From: Escherichia coli
Lineage (GTDB): Bacteria > Pseudomonadota > Gammaproteobacteria > Enterobacterales > Enterobacteriaceae
Length of the DNA: 64,000 nucleotides
Strand: one strand, 5' to 3'
NCBI RefSeq assembly: GCF_003334355.1
Contig: NZ_QOWP01000012.1
The notes under the pieces are model-generated. The model was given only the letters and a program-made list of their open reading frames with translations. It was not told where the DNA came from and ran no database searches. This document shows positions 1 to 12,237 of the stretch, piece after piece (within the stretch, counting starts at the first letter, position 1; every line of letters starts with the position of its first letter). Made by a program: the position numbers and the translations under genes.

Positions 1-395
1 TGTTTGTGTCCTGGACGATGGGACATCTTTTTCCGCACGACCGACCCTTTGTCGAAAATATCGGCTATAACTTCCTGCATCATGCGGCGGATGACTCATT
101 CCCAAGCGATCACGGTACGGTGATTTTCACCTTTGCACTGGCATTTTTATGCTGGCATCGCCTGTGGTCCGGCTCACTTTTAATGGTGCTGGCCGTCGTC
201 ATTGCCTGGTCGCGCGTTTATCTTGGCGTCCACTGGCCGCTGGATATGCTCGGTGGATTGCTGGCAGGTATGATTGGCTGCCTTAGTGCCCAGATTATCT
301 GGCAAGCGATGGGGCATAAACTCTATCAACGTCTGCAATCGTGGTATCGCGTCTGTTTTGCATTACCGATCCGCAAAGGCTGGGTGCGTGACTGA
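1..395 (+). CDS. ybjG: Undecaprenyl-pyrophosphate phosphatase YbjG (PAP2 family), C-terminal portion; gene starts upstream of the window
   Basis: ORF track 6..395 in frame to the window edge; PAP2 signature residues (PSDH, SRVYLGVHWPLD); N-terminus absent. Confidence 0.85.
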   Translation, partial: FVSWTMGHLFPHDRPFVENIGYNFLHHAADDSFPSDHGTVIFTFALAFLCWHRLWSGSLLMVLAVVIAWSRVYLGVHWPLDMLGGLLAGMIGCLSAQIIWQAMGHKLYQRLQSWYRVCFALPIRKGWVRD

Positions 396-452
396 TCTCT
401 GCTAAAAAGTGTAGTATTGAGCGGCTCGCTTCAATAACTATTCAGAGGGATT

Positions 453-1211
453 ATGGAAACACGTCGCGAAGAGCGTATCGGGCAGCTGCTGCAAGAATTA
501 AAACGCAGCGATAAGTTACATCTTAAAGACGCCGCCGCCCTGCTTGGGGTTTCGGAGATGACGATTCGTCGCGATCTGAACAACCACAGTGCGCCCGTCG
601 TTTTGCTCGGCGGCTATATTGTTCTGGAACCGCGCAGTGCCAGCCATTACCTGTTAAGCGATCAAAAATCCCGCCTGGTGGAAGAAAAACGCCGGGCGGC
701 AAAACTGGCTGCGACGCTGGTAGAACCCGATCAGACCCTCTTTTTTGACTGTGGCACCACCACGCCGTGGATTATTGAAGCGATTGATAATGAAATCCCT
801 TTTACCGCCGTTTGTTATTCGCTAAATACCTTTCTGGCGCTGAAAGAGAAACCCCATTGCCGCGCGTTTCTTTGCGGTGGTGAATTTCACGCCAGCAACG
901 CCATTTTCAAACCCATCGATTTTCAGCAAACGCTGAATAATTTTTGCCCGGATATCGCTTTCTATTCTGCGGCGGGCGTGCATGTCAGTAAAGGCGCTAC
1001 CTGTTTTAATCTTGAAGAGTTGCCGGTAAAACACTGGGCCATGTCGATGGCGCAAAAGCATGTGCTGGTTGTCGACCACAGTAAATTTGGCAAGGTGCGT
1101 CCGGCGCGCATGGGTGACCTGAAACGCTTTGATATTGTGGTGAGCGATTGTTGCCCGGAAGATGAGTATGTGAAGTACGCGCAGACGCAGCGCATTAAGT
1201 TGATGTATTAA
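453..1211 (+). CDS. deoR: DeoR transcriptional repressor of the deo operon
   Basis: 252-aa ORF; N-terminal HTH (LLGVSEMTIRRDL) and DeoR-type sugar-binding C-domain; recognised sequence. Confidence 0.93.
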   Translation: METRREERIGQLLQELKRSDKLHLKDAAALLGVSEMTIRRDLNNHSAPVVLLGGYIVLEPRSASHYLLSDQKSRLVEEKRRAAKLAATLVEPDQTLFFDCGTTTPWIIEAIDNEIPFTAVCYSLNTFLALKEKPHCRAFLCGGEFHASNAIFKPIDFQQTLNNFCPDIAFYSAAGVHVSKGATCFNLEELPVKHWAMSMAQKHVLVVDHSKFGKVRPARMGDLKRFDIVVSDCCPEDEYVKYAQTQRIKLMY

Positions 1212-1217
1212 TGACGT

Positions 1218-1250
1218 ATAACCGGATGACGTTTCGCGCCATCCGGTTAT
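1218..1250. terminator. Bidirectional hairpin terminator between convergent deoR and dacC
   Basis: Inverted repeat ataaccggatg...catccggttat in the 46-bp convergent gap. Confidence 0.6.
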
Positions 1251-1257
1251 CAGAAGA

Positions 1258-2460
1258 TTAAGAGAACCAGCTGCCGAACCACTGATGGAATTTCATCATC
1301 ACGAAATCCCACACCCGACCAAAGAATCCGCCCTCTTCCACATTTTCCATCACGATCAGCGGACGCTGCTCAATGGATTTACCGTTAAGCTGGAAATCAA
1401 TGGTCCCGACAACCTGACCTTTTTTCAGCGGTGCGGTAAGCTGCGGTTCCGTTAACGTATAACTCGCTTTCAGGTTTTTCAGCTGCCCACGCGGTATGGT
1501 CACTGAGCCCGCTTCACCTGCCCCGAGATTCACTTCGCTCTTATCACCAAACCAGACGCGCTGAGTCACAAAGGTGGCATCAGGTTTAATTGGCGTCACG
1601 GTTTCAAAGAAGCGGAAACCCCAGGTCAATAATTTCTCAGACTCATTAAAACGGATACGGTCAGTTTTCGCCCCCAGCACTACGGAGATTAAACGCATAT
1701 CACCCTGGGTAGCCGAAGCAACCAGATTATATCCCGCACCTGCCGTGGTTCCTGTCTTCATGCCATCAACATTCAGATTGCTGCTCCACAGCAGACGGTT
1801 ACGGTTAGGCTGACGAATTTTGTTGAAGGTGAACTCTTTCTCTTTATGAATGGCGTACTCTTCCGGCACATCGTGGATCAATGCTTTACCCAGCAATGCC
1901 ATATCGCGCGCGGTACTGAACTGCCCCGGCGCATCCAGACCGTGCACCGTCTGGAAGGTAGTGTTGGTCAGACCCAGTTTTTTGGCATAACCATTCATCA
2001 AACCAATAAATGACTCCTGGCTCCCGGCAACGTAATCGGCCAGCGCAATACAGGCGTCATTACCGGACTGGATAATCACACCTTTGTTCAAGTCTGCCAC
2101 CGAAACCTGATCGCCCGGTTTGAGGAACATTACCGATGAACCACGCAGTGCCGGATTTCCCGTCGCCCAGGCATCTTTACCGACCGTCACCATATCGGTG
2201 AGTTTAATCTTATCGGCCTTAAGCGCCTGCCCAACCACATAGCTGGTCATGATTTTAGTCAGGCTCGCGGGATCCAGTTTCTCATCCGCGTTGCCTTCTG
2301 CCAGCACTTTACCGCTGGCGTAATCCATTAAAATCCATGCACGCGCATCCACGCTCGGCGCTTCAACGGTTTGTTCCGCCGCGAATGCCGTTGGGGCAAA
2401 AAGGAATAAAAATGCAGAACCCGCTGCAAGACCACGAAGGAGAGAGGAGTATTGCGTCAT
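1258..2460 (-). CDS. dacC: D-alanyl-D-alanine carboxypeptidase DacC (PBP6)
   Basis: ORF 1258..2481; start placed at [10 protein letters not shown] (signal peptide); SxxK motif SLTKIMT and SGN motif present; 400 aa. Confidence 0.93.
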   Translation of the reverse strand: MTQYSSLLRGLAAGSAFLFLFAPTAFAAEQTVEAPSVDARAWILMDYASGKVLAEGNADEKLDPASLTKIMTSYVVGQALKADKIKLTDMVTVGKDAWATGNPALRGSSVMFLKPGDQVSVADLNKGVIIQSGNDACIALADYVAGSQESFIGLMNGYAKKLGLTNTTFQTVHGLDAPGQFSTARDMALLGKALIHDVPEEYAIHKEKEFTFNKIRQPNRNRLLWSSNLNVDGMKTGTTAGAGYNLVASATQGDMRLISVVLGAKTDRIRFNESEKLLTWGFRFFETVTPIKPDATFVTQRVWFGDKSEVNLGAGEAGSVTIPRGQLKNLKASYTLTEPQLTAPLKKGQVVGTIDFQLNGKSIEQRPLIVMENVEEGGFFGRVWDFVMMKFHQWFGSWFS

Positions 2461-2706
2461 AAATGCCACCCGAGTATCCATTCAAAAAAAATACGTTATA
2501 TCGCCGTATGATAAGTTCGGTGATTAATAACGCACACACAAACTTAAAGAAACCGTAAGTTGGTAAAGTTTTTAAAGTTTATGCAATATCCTGCCGCTTC
2601 GCTGCTTCTGGTGTCATTTTTTTGCCAGCTGTTGCTTAAAAGTTAACTTTACTTCACCATCGGAGTCCTGTTCAGCCTGTGGCTGCCTGTCGGAAAAGGG
2701 GTGAGT

Positions 2707-3333
2707 ATGATTACGCTGTGGGGTCGGAATAATTCAACTAACGTAAAAAAAGTATTGCTGACGCTCGAAGAACTGGAACTACCTTATGAGCAAATTCTCG
2801 CGGGCCGTGAGTTTGGGATAAATCACGATGCTGATTTTCTGGCGATGAACCCTAACGGGCTGGTGCCGTTGTTGCGTGACGACGAAAGTGATCTCATTCT
2901 TTGGGAATCAAACGCCATTGTCCGCTATCTGGCGGCACAGTACGGGCAAAAACGCCTGTGGATCGACTCACCGGCACGTCGTGCGGAAGCGGAAAAATGG
3001 ATGGACTGGGCAAACCAGACGCTCAGTAATGCTCATCGCGGGATCCTGATGGGATTAGTCAGAACACCACCGGAAGAGCGCGATCAGGCCGCCATTGATG
3101 CCAGTTGCAAAGAGTGCGACGCCCTGTTTGCCCTGCTCGATGCGGAACTGGCAAAAGTAAAATGGTTCTCTGGCGACGAGTTTGGTGTGGGCGATATCGC
3201 TATCGCACCGTTCATCTACAATTTGTTTAACGTTGGCCTGACCTGGACACCGCGTCCAAATCTGCAACGCTGGTATCAGCAACTCACTGAACGCCCCGCA
3301 GTGCGCAAAGTGGTGATGATTCCCGTTAGCTAA
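2707..3333 (+). CDS. gstB: Glutathione S-transferase GstB
   Basis: ORF 2701..3333; start placed at [10 protein letters not shown]; GST N- and C-domains; 208 aa. Confidence 0.92.
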
Positions 3334-4445
3334 TTGCGTGGGCTAACTTTAAGTAATTCCCCACTGGACTCGTCGGTGAGAACGTATAAATAACCGTCGG
3401 GTCCAGTGCGAACATCACGAATTCGCTGCCCTCTGTCCGTTAAAATACGGCCATCTTCTGTCACTTTGTCGCCGTTGACGCTCATCACAATGACATCTTT
3501 ATCTTTCAGCGCGCCAATAAATAATTTTTGCTGCCACTGGGGGAATTTATCGCTGTTATAGAAGGCCATGCCGCTCACAGCGGGCGAATCTTTCCAGTAA
3601 AAAACAGGTTGCTCGGTCCCGGCGACGATCTCCCCTTTCGCTTCCGGTATCTTAAAGCCTGAATAGTTGATTCCCCAGGTTGCCAGCGGCCAGCCGTAGT
3701 TTTTGCCTTTTTGCGGGATATTAATTTCATCACCACCGCGCGGGCCATGTTCATTCAGCCACAGTGCATTACTCCACGGATTCATCGCCATTCCTTGCGG
3801 ATTACGAATGCCATAAGACCAGATCTCGGCGCGCGCACCGGATTCCTTTATAAAAGGATTATCATCCGGGATTTCGCCCTGGTCGGTCAGACGCACCAGT
3901 TTGCCCTGTAATTTATCCAGATCCTGCGCCGTCGGGCGCTGATTGTTTTCGCCCAGAGCAATAAAAAGATAACCTTTACCGTCGAATACCAGCCGCCCGC
4001 CAAAATGGTTGCCGGTAGACAGTTTTGGCATCTGGCGAAAGACGGTGCGGAAGTCGGTCACTTTTGAGAGATCATCACTTAAGCGGCCATAACCCACAGC
4101 AGTTCCGGCTTTGCCATCATCGCCAACTTCGGAATAACTTAACCAGATGCGGCGAGACTGAGCAAAATCAGGCGCTAAAACCACGTCCAGCAGGCCGCCC
4201 TGCCCGTGCGCCCAAACGTCCGGCACTCCGGAAAGCGGCGCAGATAATCCTTTTCCTGCTTGCCAGTGACGCAACTCGCCGCCGCGCAGAGTGATTAACA
4301 TACCGTGATTATCGGGTAAAAAGGCCAGTGACCAGGGATGGTCGAGTTTGTCTTGCAGTACTTCGACATTTACCGTTGCAGGAGCCGCCCAGAGAGCGGA
4401 AGAAAGACAAATAAGGGGCACAAGGAAAAAGAATGGTCGATGCAT
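3330..4445 (-). CDS. yliI: Soluble aldose sugar dehydrogenase YliI (PQQ-dependent, beta-propeller)
   Basis: 371-aa ORF with signal peptide; recognised sequence; stop codon overlaps gstB stop by 4 bp (convergent). Confidence 0.92.
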
Positions 4446-4504
4446 AACGCCTCCGGATTGACTCTGGCTTAAAGCGTAGTCAGTGGAGGAGATAACAAAT
4501 TCAT

Positions 4505-4550
4505 TTTTACAAAAACTTAAACATGAAGGGGGAGACGCTTTCTCCCCCTT
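4505..4550 (-). terminator. Intrinsic terminator downstream of bssR
   Basis: GC-rich hairpin aagggggaga...tctccccctt followed by a U-rich run on the minus strand. Confidence 0.6.
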
Positions 4551-4555
4551 AGTTT

Positions 4556-4939
4556 TCAGGCCTTCTCAAGCATGGCGTGCTTCTGCAGGCTCTGGATACT
4601 CAGCGTTAAGCTCATCAGACAATTTTCAAGCTTATCGGCGTTGACGGTAATAACAGTCGGGCAATCATGGTGCCCACTCATCAAACATACTGCGGCTGTC
4701 GCTAATGCTTCTTCAGCATGATGAAGAGCACTCCACTCTTCCTGATCCAGATGAAGATTCAACCGCAGCGATTTATCGTGCAGTTCGCGATTCAGTTTAA
4801 AAAAGTTATCTCGTAGATGATTGCTTTCGCTGACGGACATGTATCCTTTTGCCTTCCTCAGTTGCACGTATGCGGCGAGGTCAACGCGTGCGTCGATCAA
4901 CCGGTTCAGCAGATCGATTCGCTGTCTGTCAACGAACAT
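4556..4939 (-). CDS. bssR: Biofilm regulator BssR
   Basis: ORF 4556..4972; start placed at MFVDRQRIDLL; 127 aa. Confidence 0.9.
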   Translation of the reverse strand: MFVDRQRIDLLNRLIDARVDLAAYVQLRKAKGYMSVSESNHLRDNFFKLNRELHDKSLRLNLHLDQEEWSALHHAEEALATAAVCLMSGHHDCPTVITVNADKLENCLMSLTLSIQSLQKHAMLEKA

Positions 4940-5151
4940 ACTTCGATCCTCCTCTTTCCAGCCTTGTTGCAATTAAATAGTATGGCTATTTTTTGAGCAA
5001 AATGCTGTCCAGGATCAATTCTTCACGCCGAATTAACAAAATTTACATTTCCTTCGCCTCCACCAGCGAATGAGATTGCGATACAAATTTTATCCAGAAC
5101 TCTGTAGAATCCCTGCCCTGACCTTTCCTGTAACTGAATATTTTTTAAGCT

Positions 5152-6477
5152 ATGAGCAAAGTAACTCCCCAGCCGAAAATCGGCTTTGTTTCCCTTGGCT
5201 GTCCGAAAAACCTTGTTGATTCAGAGCGTATTCTCACCGAACTCCGCACTGAAGGTTATGACGTGGTACCGAGCTATGACGATGCGGACATGGTGATCGT
5301 CAACACCTGCGGCTTTATTGACAGCGCGGTACAAGAATCACTGGAAGCCATTGGTGAAGCGTTGAATGAAAACGGCAAGGTTATTGTGACCGGTTGTCTG
5401 GGGGCAAAAGAAGATCAGATCCGCGAAGTCCACCCGAAAGTGCTGGAAATCACCGGGCCTCATAGCTATGAGCAGGTTCTGGAGCACGTTCATCACTACG
5501 TGCCGAAACCGAAACACAACCCATTCCTGAGCCTGGTGCCAGAACAAGGTGTGAAACTGACGCCGCGTCATTATGCCTATCTGAAAATTTCTGAAGGCTG
5601 TAATCACCGCTGCACCTTCTGCATTATTCCGTCTATGCGCGGCGACCTGGTGAGCCGTCCGATTGGCGAAGTGTTAAGTGAAGCGAAACGTCTGGTAGAT
5701 GCGGGCGTTAAAGAGATTCTGGTGATCTCGCAGGATACTTCCGCCTATGGCGTTGATGTTAAACATCGTACTGGCTTCCACAACGGCGAGCCGGTAAAAA
5801 CCAGCATGGTCAGCCTGTGCGAACAGTTATCGAAACTGGGGATCTGGACACGTCTGCACTACGTTTACCCTTATCCGCATGTGGACGACGTCATCCCACT
5901 GATGGCAGAAGGCAAAATCCTGCCGTATCTGGACATTCCGTTGCAGCACGCCAGCCCGCGCATTCTCAAACTGATGAAGCGTCCGGGTTCTGTAGATCGC
6001 CAACTGGCGCGCATCAAACAGTGGCGCGAAATCTGCCCGGAACTGACCCTACGCTCAACCTTTATTGTCGGCTTCCCTGGCGAGACGGAAGAAGATTTCC
6101 AGATGCTACTCGACTTCCTGAAAGAAGCGCGTCTGGATCGCGTTGGCTGCTTTAAATACAGCCCGGTTGAAGGTGCAGACGCCAATGCCCTGCCTGACCA
6201 GGTTCCGGAAGAAGTGAAAGAAGAACGCTGGAACCGTTTCATGCAGCTGCAGCAGCAGATTTCCGCCGAGCGCCTGCAAGAGAAAGTGGGCCGTGAAATT
6301 CTGGTGATTATCGACGAAGTGGACGAAGAAGGCGCAATTGGTCGCAGCATGGCAGATGCACCGGAAATCGACGGCGCGGTTTATCTCAATGGTGAAACCA
6401 ACGTTAAGCCGGGTGATATCCTGCGTGTGAAAGTCGAGCACGCCGATGAGTACGATTTGTGGGGTAGCCGGGTTTAA
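5152..6477 (+). CDS. rimO: Ribosomal protein S12 methylthiotransferase RimO (radical SAM MTTase)
   Basis: 441-aa ORF; MTTase N-domain, radical-SAM CxxxCxxC (CNHRCTFC) and TRAM domain. Confidence 0.95.
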
Positions 6478-6483
6478 TTAATT

Positions 6484-6513
6484 CAGGCCGGGCAAAATCA
6501 TTTGTCCGGCCTG
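6484..6513. terminator. Bidirectional hairpin between convergent rimO and dgcI
   Basis: Inverted repeat caggccgggcaaa...tttgtccggcctg. Confidence 0.6.
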
Positions 6514-6523
6514 CGAATAATGA

Positions 6524-7852
6524 TTACTGCCAGCTAATCTGTGCCCTGCCGTTTTTCTTACTCTTATACAGCCGCTCATCCGCCAGCATTTTCAAGCGTT
6601 CGACGGTAGGACATTCATTTGAATGTGCTACACCGATACTGGTACTTAAATTAATGCTTCCCACCTGGAAATGAACGATTTCTTTTAGAATCGATAGCAA
6701 CTCTTCCAGCGTTCCACCCGTATAAATCACCGCAAATTCGTCACCGCCGAAGCGGTAGACTTTACCTTTATCTACCGGGATCTGTGATTTAAGGATTTTC
6801 ACCACTTTCATCAACACTTCATCGCCCAGCAAATGACCGAAGGTGTCGTTAATGTTTTTGAATTTATCGACGTCAAACAGGCACAAATAACCGCCTTTTT
6901 CCGGCAGCGCTTTTAAATCTTCGTCAAAGGATTTTCTGCCCATTGCTTTGGTCAGGTCGTCCAGGAACGCCGAGTTATACATACTGTAGAGTTTTTTGAC
7001 ATCGGCAGCCGAAAAGAAAAGCCCGCCATCCAGTACGCGTTCAAAATGGTTATTAATGATGGCTTCTTTCTCCACAATACCACGATTAATCACTCTGCGT
7101 ACCAGATAGAGGCAACTGGCACCCGATATCACTGCCACCAATGCGGCAAAGAAAATAATCAATGTACAAACCCGCAAATAAACATCTTTTTTATACGCAA
7201 ATACATACAATCCGGTCGGCAAATAGGCGAAGTGCTCCATCGCTTCCGAAACGGTGAAGATGGCGTTTTTAGCATTATATTCATCACCGGTCACCGGTTT
7301 ACCGTTCTTAAATAGAGAGAACATCAGGTTCTCGCTGTCCATCGCCAGCGATTTTGACAGTAAAGAAAAACGCTCCAGACCAAGCAAAAATATCAGACTA
7401 CGATTGTGAGTTACCGGATAGAGGTAATAGACGAAGGTTTTACCGTCAAAAGAGATAAACCCTGTATTTTTGACATGTCGATACTTCACAACCTGCATAA
7501 TATCTGCACAATAATTTTTCTCGAACTCCTTTACCTGAATACATTCGTCACTGGAAATCAGATAAGGACCGACATCGTACAAATAAGAGGGGGAAACCGA
7601 GTCGGCGTAAGCTGTGCGCAAACCAACCAACAGCTGTTCCTCCGTGGGATTTAGCGTGTTGATAAGATCAATTGCCACGCTACGCCGATATTCAGCAATA
7701 TTTGCCACCGCAAAAGCAGTATCAATAACGGACTGTTTCAGGCTATACACCCGTTCCTTTACCATTTGAGTGTAGATCCCGCAGGCAACTGCTGAAATCA
7801 TGATAAAAATCAGCAGACTGACTGTAAGTACGAACTTATTGATTCTGGACAT
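6524..7852 (-). CDS. dgcI: Diguanylate cyclase DgcI (YliF), membrane-anchored GGDEF protein
   Basis: 442-aa ORF; GGDEF motif ([10 protein letters not shown]) in the C-terminal domain; TM segments. Confidence 0.93.
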   Translation of the reverse strand: MSRINKFVLTVSLLIFIMISAVACGIYTQMVKERVYSLKQSVIDTAFAVANIAEYRRSVAIDLINTLNPTEEQLLVGLRTAYADSVSPSYLYDVGPYLISSDECIQVKEFEKNYCADIMQVVKYRHVKNTGFISFDGKTFVYYLYPVTHNRSLIFLLGLERFSLLSKSLAMDSENLMFSLFKNGKPVTGDEYNAKNAIFTVSEAMEHFAYLPTGLYVFAYKKDVYLRVCTLIIFFAALVAVISGASCLYLVRRVINRGIVEKEAIINNHFERVLDGGLFFSAADVKKLYSMYNSAFLDDLTKAMGRKSFDEDLKALPEKGGYLCLFDVDKFKNINDTFGHLLGDEVLMKVVKILKSQIPVDKGKVYRFGGDEFAVIYTGGTLEELLSILKEIVHFQVGSINLSTSIGVAHSNECPTVERLKMLADERLYKSKKNGRAQISWQ

Positions 7853-7859
7853 ACGTAAA

Positions 7860-10208
7860 CTACTCTTTTACTAATTTTCCACTTTTATCCCAGGCGGAGA
7901 ATGGCATGGGTTTCTGGTACAGATACCCCTGAGCCTGAACACATCCTAATTTAATTAATTCGCGCGCAACGTCTTCGCTCTCTACGCCTTCCGCAATCAC
8001 CGGGATCCGGTTATAGCGTGCCAGATCGAAAATAATGCGCACAATTTTTCCCGCAGTACCGAAAATATCGCCGGTAAATTGCGAGTCCACCTTTATGCTG
8101 TCTGGATTAATTTCATAAAAACGTTTCAGGTTTGACAAACCGGTGCCAAAGTCATCAATCGATATCCGTACCCCTTGTTTACGCAGTTGTTCAATATTGA
8201 GATAAAAATGTTCATTAATTCGCTCGATCACGGTTTCAGTGATCTCAACACAGAGGCTGTTCGCCTTCAGGCCATTTTCTTTCATGATGGTGGTAAAACA
8301 CTCATGAAAGTGCGGTTCGTTTAACTGCCAGGGCGAAACATTAATATGCAGTAAGAAATCATCCTTCAGCGACGCACGCTGACTAAAATGTCTGAATTCA
8401 CCCATTGCCGTTTTAATAATCTGATAACCCAGCTCATTGATAAACCCGATATCTTCAGCAATGGTAATGAACTTCAGCGGTGAAATGATCCCCCGCTCCG
8501 CAGAAACCCAACGGCACAACGCCTCCGCGCCCAGAATGGCGCGGGTGTTAATATCAACGATCGGTTGATAGACGAGGAATAGTTCGCCAATTTCCATTGC
8601 ATGGCGAATATTACGCGCAATCCAGATATTCTCTTCTATTTCGTTGAGTTTCGCGTCATCACAGAAAATAAACTCGGAGAACATATGGTCACGGATACTG
8701 GAAATCGCCAGTTTCAGTTTTTCTGCGTAACTCCAGGCGTTTTCCCCCTGCAAAGGTTCACAAATGGCAGACTTATGGATGCGCAGATTGCGGTAGCCAA
8801 AGCTGCTGTCAAAATCGTTTACCATCGCTATTTTACGGGTAAATGTCTGTACATTTTCCCGACACAGAAGTAAATAGAGATCGGCATTGAATGTCACGAT
8901 ATCGCAGCATTGCGCATATTTCTCGGCAATTCGCTGACACAATTTCCTGACGATTTTATTGCGTTCATCAACACCAAACACCGCTTCCACGGCTTCCAGA
9001 CCACACAGTTTGATGATCCCCACAGCCAGATACTGATTATTGTTGGACTCAATAATCGCCATATTTTTAATAAAACCGCTTTCCTGATCGTAAGAGATCA
9101 GTGAGAGCAATTTATTTGACCGTTCAATTTCGGCATCTTTCATTTCCGCGATCGAATTTTTGATGCTGATAATCTCTTTCGCATCGCCTTCGCGAATTTT
9201 CAGAGCCTCGATCTGATCCGTTGAGTCGGGCAAAAACGCCAGCGTATTAACCAGCTCGGTCATTTCAGAAAATTGCCGACGGAACACACGAGTGGTCATG
9301 AAATATACCACCAGCAACACGATAATAATGAACGCAAACGGTAGATAAAAAAGTTTATCTGATGCGTTCAATAAATTACCGCCAGGATAATAAAAATAGA
9401 TTTCGAACAATGCATTATTTGGCACTGCTGATGTCTTTGCAATATACTCCGTATCGACAGAATCAATAATATTATAATTACCTTCGCTATTATAAATAAT
9501 CAGTTTTTCACGAGCGAGTTGATTCTTGGCAATGATCTCATGACCTTGTTTCAAAAATAGAACTTCATCATTAGCGCTGATTTGATCAAGATACTCGTTC
9601 AGATACCGCCAGTTTAAATCGACATGAATTTTATCTACCGCTAACAAATCGTGATCTTTGCCGTTGATACGTAGCGTAAAAGAGATACATTTTTTACCCG
9701 GACGATCAAAGCAATTGTATGCCGGATTCCAGCTGTTGTTAGAGTCATCTGAAGCCACCGACCACGGTCGTTTCGATGGGTTAAAATCGGCAAAAATAAC
9801 CCGCCCTGACTCGTCGACAAGCGGTCCATTTACTTGTTCCTGATGATAAACAACGATTTTATCATTCGCCCTCCGCGAAAAGAGATAATATTTATTATCA
9901 TCAAGTACCAGTCCCACCGAGTCTAAAAATGGCATCATTTCCATTTTCAGAATCACGGCGCGTTGAATCTCCTCTGTATTTTTTAATAAATACAGTGAGT
10001 CCTTTAATGTCAGGGCCGAACGTTCAATATCTTTAAAGAAATAGCCAACGTTTTTCTGAATAAGTTCAAAGCGGCTATCGGCACGTTTTACCGCGCGTTC
10101 CGATACCAGTTGATAGTTAATGATGAAAAAAAGACCAATAAATGACAGTGCTGCCAATAAAAATAAAATTATCAGCCTTATCTTTATCTTTTCGTATAAA
10201 CTCAGCAT
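7860..10208 (-). CDS. pdeI: c-di-GMP phosphodiesterase PdeI (YliE), membrane-anchored EAL protein
   Basis: ORF 7860..10286; start placed at [12 protein letters not shown]; EAL motif (AEALCRW) in the C-terminal domain; 782 aa. Confidence 0.92.
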   Translation of the reverse strand: MLSLYEKIKIRLIILFLLAALSFIGLFFIINYQLVSERAVKRADSRFELIQKNVGYFFKDIERSALTLKDSLYLLKNTEEIQRAVILKMEMMPFLDSVGLVLDDNKYYLFSRRANDKIVVYHQEQVNGPLVDESGRVIFADFNPSKRPWSVASDDSNNSWNPAYNCFDRPGKKCISFTLRINGKDHDLLAVDKIHVDLNWRYLNEYLDQISANDEVLFLKQGHEIIAKNQLAREKLIIYNSEGNYNIIDSVDTEYIAKTSAVPNNALFEIYFYYPGGNLLNASDKLFYLPFAFIIIVLLVVYFMTTRVFRRQFSEMTELVNTLAFLPDSTDQIEALKIREGDAKEIISIKNSIAEMKDAEIERSNKLLSLISYDQESGFIKNMAIIESNNNQYLAVGIIKLCGLEAVEAVFGVDERNKIVRKLCQRIAEKYAQCCDIVTFNADLYLLLCRENVQTFTRKIAMVNDFDSSFGYRNLRIHKSAICEPLQGENAWSYAEKLKLAISSIRDHMFSEFIFCDDAKLNEIEENIWIARNIRHAMEIGELFLVYQPIVDINTRAILGAEALCRWVSAERGIISPLKFITIAEDIGFINELGYQIIKTAMGEFRHFSQRASLKDDFLLHINVSPWQLNEPHFHECFTTIMKENGLKANSLCVEITETVIERINEHFYLNIEQLRKQGVRISIDDFGTGLSNLKRFYEINPDSIKVDSQFTGDIFGTAGKIVRIIFDLARYNRIPVIAEGVESEDVARELIKLGCVQAQGYLYQKPMPFSAWDKSGKLVKE

Positions 10209-10385
10209 GTTAATACATTTAACAAAATAACTATCTGAACGCTGTGCCGCTGCAAAAATAGTCCCTTGCTGCGGCTTTTTAACCAAATTACCCGATTCTA
10301 CAAAATCAGCAGAAAGTTACAACACTTGCTTAGGGCAATAATTTCCTGTGAGGTGATTACCCTTTCAAGCAATATTCAAACGTAA

Positions 10386-11297
10386 CTATCCTTTAATTTT
10401 CGGATCCAGCGCATCGCGTAAACCATCGCCCAACAAATTGAACGCCAGTACGGTCAGAAAAATAGCCAGGGCCGGAAAAACAGCGACATGCGGCGCGATA
10501 ACCATATCCGCTCGTGCCTCATTGAGCATTGCTCCCCACTCTGGTGTCGGCGGCTGCGCACCGAGGCCGAGAAATGACAGGCTGGCGGCAGAGATAATCG
10601 AGGTGCCAATGCGCATGGTGAAAAACACCACGATAGACGAGACGGTCCCAGGCAAGATATGACGCAATAAAATGGTCATATCGCTGGCACCAATACTGCG
10701 TGCTGACTCAATAAAGGTTTGCTGTTTCAACACCAGCGTGTTGCCGCGCACCAGTCGGGCAAACGCGGGGATGGAAAAAATGGCGACTGCGATAATCACG
10801 TTAGCAATGCCGCTTCCCAACACCGCAACAACAGCGATCGCCAGTAAAATACCCGGGAAGGCAAACAGCACATCGCAAATGCGCATGATCAGCCGATCCC
10901 ACCAGCCTTCATAATATCCAGCCAACAAGCCCAGCAACGTCCCGATCGCCGCACCGATAAACACGGCAAACACGCCCGCCGCCAGCGAGATTTGCGCACC
11001 AACCAGGACACGGCTGAAAATGTCGCGCCCCAGTGAATCGACGCCAAACCAGTGCTGCAAAGAAGGTCCGTTATTCAGGTTGTCATAATCAAAATAATTT
11101 TCGGCGTCATAGGGAGCGATCCAGCGTGCAAAAATGGCCACCACAATCAATAAAATAACGAATAATGCGGCGGTCATCGCCATATGCTGACGGCGAAATC
11201 GTCGCCAGAATTCATGCCACGGTGTACGCACCTGGTCAGGTTTGACCAGTGGCATGGCGTTTAACACCGCCTGACGTCGCCAGTTAAATAGTCGCAT
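10386..11297 (-). CDS. gsiD: Glutathione ABC transporter permease GsiD
   Basis: 303-aa ORF; ABC permease fold, recognised sequence. Confidence 0.94.
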   Translation of the reverse strand: MRLFNWRRQAVLNAMPLVKPDQVRTPWHEFWRRFRRQHMAMTAALFVILLIVVAIFARWIAPYDAENYFDYDNLNNGPSLQHWFGVDSLGRDIFSRVLVGAQISLAAGVFAVFIGAAIGTLLGLLAGYYEGWWDRLIMRICDVLFAFPGILLAIAVVAVLGSGIANVIIAVAIFSIPAFARLVRGNTLVLKQQTFIESARSIGASDMTILLRHILPGTVSSIVVFFTMRIGTSIISAASLSFLGLGAQPPTPEWGAMLNEARADMVIAPHVAVFPALAIFLTVLAFNLLGDGLRDALDPKIKG

Positions 11298-11299
11298 CC

Positions 11300-12220
11300 T
11301 TACTTGTACCTGATAGCCGGGTTAATGGCGGCGTAAAGCACATCCACCACTAAGTTGATAAGAATAAATTCCAGCGAGAAAAGCAGAATTTCCGCCTGAA
11401 TCACCGGGTAATCGCGCATTTCTACGGAGTCAACGAGTAAGCGTCCAAGTCCGGGCCAGTTGAAAACTTTCTCCACCACGATAGATCCACCGAGCAAAAA
11501 GCCAAACTGTAAGCCCATCATGGTCACTACCGGGATCATCGCGTTGCGTAGCCCGTGTTTGAGGACAACCCAGGTTTCGCTCACCCCTTTCGCCCTCGCG
11601 GTACGCATATAATCTTCGCTTAAAACGTCGACAAATGACGCACGGGTAAAGCGCGCCATCACGGCGGCCACTGCCGCGCCGAGCGTCAGGGAGGGTAAAA
11701 TGTAGTGCTGCCAACTGTCTGCTCCCACAGTAGGCAGCCAGCCCAGTTCAACGGAGAATACCTGAATTAAAAGCATCCCCAGAGCAAATGCCGGAAACGA
11801 GATCCCCGACACCGCAATGGTCATACTCAATCGATCCGGCCAACGATTACGCCAGACGGCGGCGATAATTCCCGCCGCCATACCAAATATCACCGCCCAG
11901 ACCATACTGGTTATGGTCAGCCACAGCGTTGGCATAAAGCGGCTGGCAATCTCATCGGCAACCGGACGACGCGACACCATCGACAGGCCAAAATCCCCCT
12001 GCACAGCATTGCTGATATAGTGCCAGAACTGGTGATACAGCGGCTGATCCAACCCCAGCTGCTGACGCACCAGTTCTATAACCTGCGCATCAGCTTCGGG
12101 CCCGGCAATCAATCGCGCCGGATCGCCGGGCAGCATATGGACAAATAAAAACACCAGCACCGAGACGATAAACAGCGTCGGAATCAACCCCAGCAAGCGT
12201 TTGATAACGTAATTAAGCAT
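11300..12220 (-). CDS. gsiC: Glutathione ABC transporter permease GsiC
   Basis: 306-aa ORF; ABC permease, recognised sequence. Confidence 0.94.
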   Translation of the reverse strand: MLNYVIKRLLGLIPTLFIVSVLVFLFVHMLPGDPARLIAGPEADAQVIELVRQQLGLDQPLYHQFWHYISNAVQGDFGLSMVSRRPVADEIASRFMPTLWLTITSMVWAVIFGMAAGIIAAVWRNRWPDRLSMTIAVSGISFPAFALGMLLIQVFSVELGWLPTVGADSWQHYILPSLTLGAAVAAVMARFTRASFVDVLSEDYMRTARAKGVSETWVVLKHGLRNAMIPVVTMMGLQFGFLLGGSIVVEKVFNWPGLGRLLVDSVEMRDYPVIQAEILLFSLEFILINLVVDVLYAAINPAIRYK

Positions 12221-12237
12221 TCCACTCCCTGCGTTGC

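Noticed and set aside
10209-10286. Upstream in-frame ATG extensions of pdeI (and similarly gsiB 13777..14043, dinG 50221..50355, rlmF 40959..41039, fsaA 19649..19720, bssR 4940..4972)
   Set aside because: The extensions run into promoter or operator sequence or the neighbouring gene, lack RBSs, and the shorter starts give the conserved N-termini (signal peptides or known first residues).
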